Shown: in pieces, positions 59,527 through 64,000 of the stretch | How positions within the stretch are numbered: the stretch's first letter is position 1 | Layout: every line of letters starts with the position of its first letter | Origin: an uncultured Ignavibacteria bacterium | GTDB taxonomy: Bacteria > Bacteroidota > Ignavibacteria > SZUA-365 | Direction: 5' to 3' | DNA length: 64,000 nt | NCBI GenBank assembly: GCA_913061095.1 | Contig: CAJXVM010000022.1 | Coordinates: 7,845 to 71,844 of the forward strand | Position numbers and translations under genes: made by a program | The notes under the pieces: generated by a model | Seen by the model: only the letters and a program-made list of their open reading frames with translations | Database searches by the model: none | What the model was told of the DNA's origin: nothing

Positions 59527-59815
59527 TTCGCCGACCCCACCCTCACGGGTGGGGCTAGCGCGCCGGTATCGCGCGCCGTCGAGCGGCGCGCTGGGGGATG
59601 GGGATAGCGTCTGCGCGTGCGACCACACGCTCACGCGTGTGGCTAGCGCCTTCAATTCATGGCATGCGGTAACCCCACGCATAAGCGTGAGGTTAGCGCA
59701 ACCCATTCATGGCATGCGGTAACCCCACGCGTAAGCGTGAGGTTAGCGCAACCCATACATGGCATGCGGTAACCCCACGCGTAAGCGTGGGGAGACAACG
59801 GCTAACGGCCAACGG
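59527..59815. repeat. Array of five stem-loop units, each followed by YTAGCGC, including three ~50-bp tandem copies
   Basis: Hairpins CCCCACCC-TCAC-GGGTGGGG, CCACACGC-TCAC-GCGTGTGG, then CCCCACGC-RTAA-GCGTGAGG x2 and CCCCACGC-GTAA-GCGTGGGG. Units 3-5 repeat ...TTAGCGCAACCCATWCATGGCATGCGGTAA.... No unique spacers between the units. Confidence 0.75.
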
Positions 59816-59899
59816 CTAATGGCCCTTATCAAACATGCATATCCGTCCGGTTTACGCTATATTGGTTGAAAACCACCTCCACTGAATGACCACCGCTTC

Positions 59900-60859
59900 A
59901 TGATCACCGCCTTCAGCGCACTTGATACCGTCGTCACCTGGCTCGAAGAAAGCATCGGCATCCCGCCGCAGGTGCAGGAGAACCTGCTCAAGTCGCTGAT
60001 CGTCATCTTCATTCTCTGGATGGCACGCTACGTCGTGCTGAAGGTCGTGCGCAGGCGCACATCCGACGTGCGCACGCGCTACCAGTGGCAGAAGACCTCC
60101 ACCTATGTCAGTGTTGCGCTCGGCATACTCGTCATCGGACGCATCTGGTTCGAGGGCATCCAGTCGCTGGCGACGTTTCTCGGACTGGTGTCCGCCGGAC
60201 TCGCCATCGCCTTGAAAGACGTGCTCACCGACATCGCCGGCTGGGCGTTCATCCTCTGGCGTCGTCCCCTCGAAGTCGGCGACCGCGTGCAGATCGGCGC
60301 GCACGCGGGCGACATCATCGACATCCGCCTCTTCCAGTTCAGCATCCTCGAGATCGGCAACTGGGTGGACGCCGACCAGAGCACCGGCCGCGTCATCCAC
60401 ATCCCGAACGGGAAAGTCTTTACCGAACCGCAGATCAATTATACAAAGGGATTCCAGTTCATCTGGGATGAACTCGCCGTGCTCATCACCTTCGAAAGCG
60501 ACTGGGAACGCGCGAAGGAGATACTCACGGAGATCGTCGAGAAGCACACTGAAATCATGAGCGAGCATGCACAGGAGGGCATACGCGAGGCGAGCAAGAA
60601 GTTCATGATATACTACACCACCCTCTCCCCGAAAGTGTACACCTCGGTGAAAGACAGCGGCGTCATGCTCACCCTGCGGTATCTCGTCATGCCCCGCCGC
60701 CGCCGGGGACGCCAGGAAGTGCTCTGGGAAGAAATCCTCCGCGCCTTCGCGAAAGAGCCGAACATCGATCTCGCATACCCCACTACGCGCTTTTACAAGC
60801 TCGGTGAGGGCGGGGATGAAAAAAACGCGGGCGAAGACAATTCTCGTAAAGGCAACTGA
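59900..60859 (+). CDS. Mechanosensitive ion channel (MscS) family protein
   Basis: N-terminal transmembrane helices, then the MscS β-domain signature VGDRVQIGAHAGDIIDIRLFQFSILEIGNWV...HIPNGKV. Confidence 0.8.
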   Translation: MITAFSALDTVVTWLEESIGIPPQVQENLLKSLIVIFILWMARYVVLKVVRRRTSDVRTRYQWQKTSTYVSVALGILVIGRIWFEGIQSLATFLGLVSAGLAIALKDVLTDIAGWAFILWRRPLEVGDRVQIGAHAGDIIDIRLFQFSILEIGNWVDADQSTGRVIHIPNGKVFTEPQINYTKGFQFIWDELAVLITFESDWERAKEILTEIVEKHTEIMSEHAQEGIREASKKFMIYYTTLSPKVYTSVKDSGVMLTLRYLVMPRRRRGRQEVLWEEILRAFAKEPNIDLAYPTTRFYKLGEGGDEKNAGEDNSRKGN

Positions 60860-61002
60860 CCCTGCTCAATTCGCAGAGCCGCTCTGTGCGCAGAAAAATG
60901 GAATAGAACATCATTTTCAATACTCACATCCGTACGAACTGACGCACGAAGAGGCGCTTCCCGTTCGTGGCCTTTGTTACAGCAGTGAGTTCCATAAAGG
61001 CA

Positions 61003-61941
61003 TCAGGTTCTCATCTGATCCATTCGCTCAGCGATCAGGACCTCGTACCGGGCGACGAACTCGCCGCTCACAATACTCGAACGCAGCGTCTCGATGGCTG
61101 CGGGCATAGCATCCAGAACTGAGTCGATCGCCTTCTCCGCCGCAGCGGAAGGGATATCGAGCGTCTCCGCTGCGCGCAGGTATGCAGCACGCGTGAGATT
61201 TTTCTTCCTTCCGTCGACGGTGAGAGCACTTTCTTCCTCATCTTCGGGCAGCAGCAGCTTCGTCGGCAGGAGGTCGTACGCGGGCGCAAGGCGGGGACCC
61301 TCTTCCGTGTGAAGCAGGGAGAAATTCTTCAGATGCATGTCGGCGTTGCCGGTGAGAAAGCAGAAGATCAGCAGTTCAAAGAAGTTGATGCGATCGAGTC
61401 CGGGCGCGGCACTGTATCGCCAGATCATTTTTCCGGCCTGCTCAACTGAGCCCCGGTATTTGTGCTCGGTCAGTCGTCCCCCAACCTGGCAGAGATCCTC
61501 CATGTGCACTTTCGCACCGGTGCGTGTGCGGTCCACTCGCCGTGTGATGTACGCGCGCTCGCCGGATTGGAAACGGATCAGTCCGTGCGGCACAACATGA
61601 ATCCCACAAGCTTCCGCCATGTGCATGGTTGCATCCTCAAGTTCCGGGAGTTCGGGATAAACATCCGACGGAGGTTTGAGGATATACGCCGCGCGGTAAC
61701 CGACAACGGTCAGCCGGCGTGCGCGTCCGCGCTCCTTCTGGAGATGGAGTGAGAGCTTTTTCTGCACTCCCGGGACAGTGATGTGAGCGAGGACATGTTC
61801 CTTCGCCATCGCATCGATGTCAGAAAGAGAGAATGGCAGACGGGCATCCATATCCGTGAGGAAGAAGTCGCGAATGCAGCGCTGGTGCATATCGCCGTTC
61901 TCCTCGCCAAGCGACCGGTAACAGAGAAGGCATTTATCCAT
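61003..61941 (-). CDS. HipA C-terminal kinase-domain protein (HipT-like toxin)
   Basis: 313 aa from MDKCLLCYRSLGEE, with the HipA_C catalytic region (LLIFCFLTGNADMHLKNFSLL, with D and H in the catalytic loop). The start overlaps the stop of the upstream HipA_N gene. Confidence 0.75.
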   Translation of the reverse strand: MDKCLLCYRSLGEENGDMHQRCIRDFFLTDMDARLPFSLSDIDAMAKEHVLAHITVPGVQKKLSLHLQKERGRARRLTVVGYRAAYILKPPSDVYPELPELEDATMHMAEACGIHVVPHGLIRFQSGERAYITRRVDRTRTGAKVHMEDLCQVGGRLTEHKYRGSVEQAGKMIWRYSAAPGLDRINFFELLIFCFLTGNADMHLKNFSLLHTEEGPRLAPAYDLLPTKLLLPEDEEESALTVDGRKKNLTRAAYLRAAETLDIPSAAAEKAIDSVLDAMPAAIETLRSSIVSGEFVARYEVLIAERMDQMRT

Positions 61942-62281
61942 TGCCTGCCTCCTCATCTTCCGCCGGTGGCGCGGGAAGGATACTGACCGCCCCGATGCAA
62001 TCCTCGCAACAGGCGAGCAGGAGCCCCATGCGATCACGCGGATCGAGCTTCCAGTGTTCACGGGCGATGTCGAGCATCCATCCTTCCGGGATGAGTCCGT
62101 CGAAGAACGGGAACATCGTGGGCGATGTGAACTCCTCCTCCTGCAGCGGCAGGGTGAGACTGACCGGCTGCGAGTCCTGACCCCCGAGATATGCATCATC
62201 GTAGCGGAAATGAAATCCCGTCTCATCTTCGACGATCCTGCCCGCGAGTCTGTCATGCATGTATACCAGGCCGCTGCGCAT
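61934..62281 (-). CDS. HipA N-terminal-domain protein (HipS-like)
   Basis: 115 aa from MRSGLVYMHDRLAGRIVEDETGFHFRYDDAYL, matching the HipA N-terminal domain. GGAGG ribosome-binding site; 4 nt after the hipB-like stop. Confidence 0.7.
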   Translation of the reverse strand: MRSGLVYMHDRLAGRIVEDETGFHFRYDDAYLGGQDSQPVSLTLPLQEEEFTSPTMFPFFDGLIPEGWMLDIAREHWKLDPRDRMGLLLACCEDCIGAVSILPAPPAEDEEAGNG

Positions 62282-62285
62282 GACC

Positions 62286-62489
62286 TCACTTCCTCCTGAG
62301 GGGCATCGGACCGAGTTCCGACCCGAACAGTTCAAGCAGCTGATTGACCTTGTCCATTCGCAGCGTCGTCTTCCCCTGCTCGAGGTCGCGGATGAAACGG
62401 AGTCCAACACCCGCCTTCCGGGCAGCCTCCATCTGCGTCAGTCCCAGTTTCTTCCGCTCACGTTTCACAAATTCACTTAGCGTCATCAT
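62286..62489 (-). CDS. XRE-family helix-turn-helix antitoxin (HipB-like)
   Basis: MMTLSEFVKRERKKLGLTQMEAARKAGVGLRFIRDLEQGK. The track ORF extends to 62549, but the σ70 promoter mapped upstream places the start at the Met near 62489. Confidence 0.7.
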   Translation of the reverse strand: MMTLSEFVKRERKKLGLTQMEAARKAGVGLRFIRDLEQGKTTLRMDKVNQLLELFGSELGPMPLRRK

Positions 62490-62506
62490 TCCATCCAGGG
62501 ATATTC

Positions 62507-62620
62507 TCCCGCAATTATATATCCTTTCGGGTATAATGTCAATAGCCATACCCGAAATTATACCCGATAGAATGCAACATCGAATCCGACAGATGCATTA
62601 TACCCGTCCGGGTATTGCAT
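62507..62620 (-). promoter_or_regulatory. Consensus σ70 promoter (TTGACA-N17-TATAAT) with palindromic ATACCCG / CGGGTAT operator sites upstream of the hipB-like gene
   Basis: On the minus strand, TTGACA (plus coordinates 62537..62542) and TATAAT (62514..62519) are separated by exactly 17 nt. Inverted repeats CGGGTATAATGTCAATAGCCATACCCG (62528..62554) and ATACCCGTCCGGGTAT (62600..62615) overlap and flank the promoter. Confidence 0.6.
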
Positions 62621-62646
62621 GCAGTCTCATGCTGATTGTATGCAAT

Positions 62647-62695
62647 GCACGCTCTTCTTCACCCCTTCACCCCTTCACCTCTTCACCTCTTCACC
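62647..62695. repeat. Six copies of the heptamer/octamer tandem repeat CCTTCAC(C)
   Basis: cttcaccccttcaccccttcacctcttcacctcttcaccccttcacg. Confidence 0.7.
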
Positions 62696-62705
62696 CCTTC
62701 ACGCC

Positions 62706-64000
62706 TCACTCCACCACCACCTTTCTCCTGCACACGCCCGCACTCGACTTCAGCTGGAGCACATACATCCCGGGAGCGAGCGCGCCGGTGGACCATGTCA
62801 CATGTCGTCCTTCCGGACCGAGTTCGCCCTCGAACAGACGCCCAACCACGCGTCCGGAGAGATCGTGCACGGTCACGCTGACCTGCGCCGTGTGGTCGCT
62901 CTGAAGATGCAGCGTTGTGGATTCTACCGTGCGCAATACCGGATGAGGATAGGGCGTGCCAACACTCAGTGGTAGAGGTGGACTCGTGAGCGGTATCACA
63001 TCGGTCACTTCTGGAAAATCTATGCGGTGGATAGATAGTGCTTTCTTGTAATAAACGCTTATGGCGTTGTCCGGATACAGGGCATTGTTCAAGTCAACTC
63101 CGGGCACTGAACTCGTCTCAAGTACCAATGTATCTGTTCGTCCATAATTTGTACTTGCATACAGTGATACTGACACAATTTTTGAACGGTATACATAGTA
63201 TTCGGTGACTATTCCTCCGTTCGCCAGTATCGTTGCTCCGGCATCATTCTTTGTTTCCCGGTCGTCGGAAGATCGTATCATCTCGTAGGACTCCCACGAG
63301 TCTCCATTATCATCGCTGTACATTGTCAGTATGTTTTTCTCTCTCGCGTTGTTCGTATACTTCAGGACTGCCACCGCCAGGACTTCTCCTGTTTCAAGTG
63401 GTCGTACCGTGGATATATGGTACACGCGCCGCCTTTCCTCCTGCGACAGTTCGAGTACAACTTTCCACTCCCGGAAATCCGGACTACTGCGCACCACCTT
63501 ATACGTTCCCGTAGAATCCTTTAATGTGTACCAAACAGCCCCATCAAACGGAGATATTTGAATAATGACAGGCCCGCGATTCGCACTCCACTCCGCGTTC
63601 TGTATCCATGACCATGTCGATCCACCGTCAGAAGTATAGAGCAATCCTTTCGTCATCGGAATCACAGTGCAGGCAGAATCATATGTATGAATCCGTGAGC
63701 TTAACAGACGTGAGTCTGTATCGACATATGCCGCATGCCAGCTCTCACCTGCGTCCTCGCTCCTGAATATCAGCGTGTCGTCATCTCCTCCTATACGAGC
63801 AAGACTATACCAGAGCCGTGTAGAAGCTGGTCTGATTGAATAACCCGGGATATCATCAACAAGATCGATAGACGCGAAACCGTCTGTGGTTTTGTATATT
63901 GATATTTCTCGTGTCTTCCAATCCATGACGGATATGACTGCATCATCATTTTCCGCCCAGAGAAAACTGGAAACCATGAAAGGAGTCTTCCTCGGAATAT
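62706..64000 (-). CDS. T9SS C-terminal-sorted BNR/sialidase-like repeat protein, 5' end beyond the window
   Basis: BNR motifs SEDAGESWH, SDGGSTWS and SDDNGDSWE, and a C-terminal T9SS sorting domain (...RHVTWSTGALAPGMYVLQLKSSAGVCRRKVVVE). No signal peptide at the first in-window Met, so the N-terminus lies upstream of 64000. GC content is lower than in the rest of the window. Confidence 0.7.
   Translation of the reverse strand, partial: IPRKTPFMVSSFLWAENDDAVISVMDWKTREISIYKTTDGFASIDLVDDIPGYSIRPASTRLWYSLARIGGDDDTLIFRSEDAGESWHAAYVDTDSRLLSSRIHTYDSACTVIPMTKGLLYTSDGGSTWSWIQNAEWSANRGPVIIQISPFDGAVWYTLKDSTGTYKVVRSSPDFREWKVVLELSQEERRRVYHISTVRPLETGEVLAVAVLKYTNNAREKNILTMYSDDNGDSWESYEMIRSSDDRETKNDAGATILANGGIVTEYYVYRSKIVSVSLYASTNYGRTDTLVLETSSVPGVDLNNALYPDNAISVYYKKALSIHRIDFPEVTDVIPLTSPPLPLSVGTPYPHPVLRTVESTTLHLQSDHTAQVSVTVHDLSGRVVGRLFEGELGPEGRHVTWSTGALAPGMYVLQLKSSAGVCRRKVVVE

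Noticed and set aside
59527-59815. Possible CRISPR array
   Set aside because: The units are tandem with no unique spacers, the repeats differ in stem sequence, and no cas genes are nearby.

Overview
High-GC (~62%) bacterial chromosomal segment. The gene content points to the FCB superphylum (Bacteroidota / Rhodothermota / Ignavibacteriota-like): two type IX secretion (T9SS) C-terminal-sorted giant proteins, two DUF5686 outer-membrane paralogs, a GxxExxY remnant, a DUF4175/DUF4159 pair, and a TonB-dependent receptor with a carboxypeptidase-regulatory domain. The window is densely coding and mostly housekeeping. It begins inside a pentaheme cytochrome c gene, truncated by the window edge. Next come a lipoate-ligase family gene and a co-directional operon of argF (ornithine carbamoyltransferase), arcC (carbamate kinase), pyrB (aspartate carbamoyltransferase), rocD (ornithine aminotransferase) and a cPGS-like P-loop gene (cPGS = cyclic 2,3-diphosphoglycerate synthetase). 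A CopB-type copper P-type ATPase and a DUF5686 barrel follow. The central 14.6 kb is the most striking block: two paralogous ~2000-aa T9SS cargo proteins, each with a BNR-like β-propeller (BNR = bacterial neuraminidase repeat), about 12 Cys-bearing Ig-like modules, a cohesin-like domain and a T9SS C-terminal sorting domain, flanking a gene for a double-OmpA outer-membrane protein with a poly-proline linker. After it come rsmI, ispD and queA, an ADP-forming acetate--CoA ligase family gene, a methyltransferase and a TPR protein. Then follow a second DUF5686 paralog, a GT2 glycosyltransferase, an Omp85-like barrel, and a small cassette bounded by 26-bp inverted repeats that carries a YkoF-like gene plus a decayed GxxExxY gene. 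Further on are a translationally coupled DUF4159-DUF4175 coiled-coil pair, a MerR regulator, tRNA-Pro(GGG), RNase HIII, an M23 peptidase and an S9 peptidase. A module of ECF sigma / anti-sigma / DUF4097 / retropepsin-like protease follows, then a TonB-dependent receptor with a phytase-like β-propeller lipoprotein, an array of tandem stem-loop repeats, and an MscS-family channel. The window ends with a three-gene HipB/HipS/HipT-like toxin-antitoxin locus driven by a perfect σ70 consensus promoter with palindromic operators, sitting in a lower-GC terminal segment, followed by a T9SS BNR protein that runs off the window end. Several long minus- or plus-strand ORFs are antisense artefacts of the GC-rich genes and were rejected.
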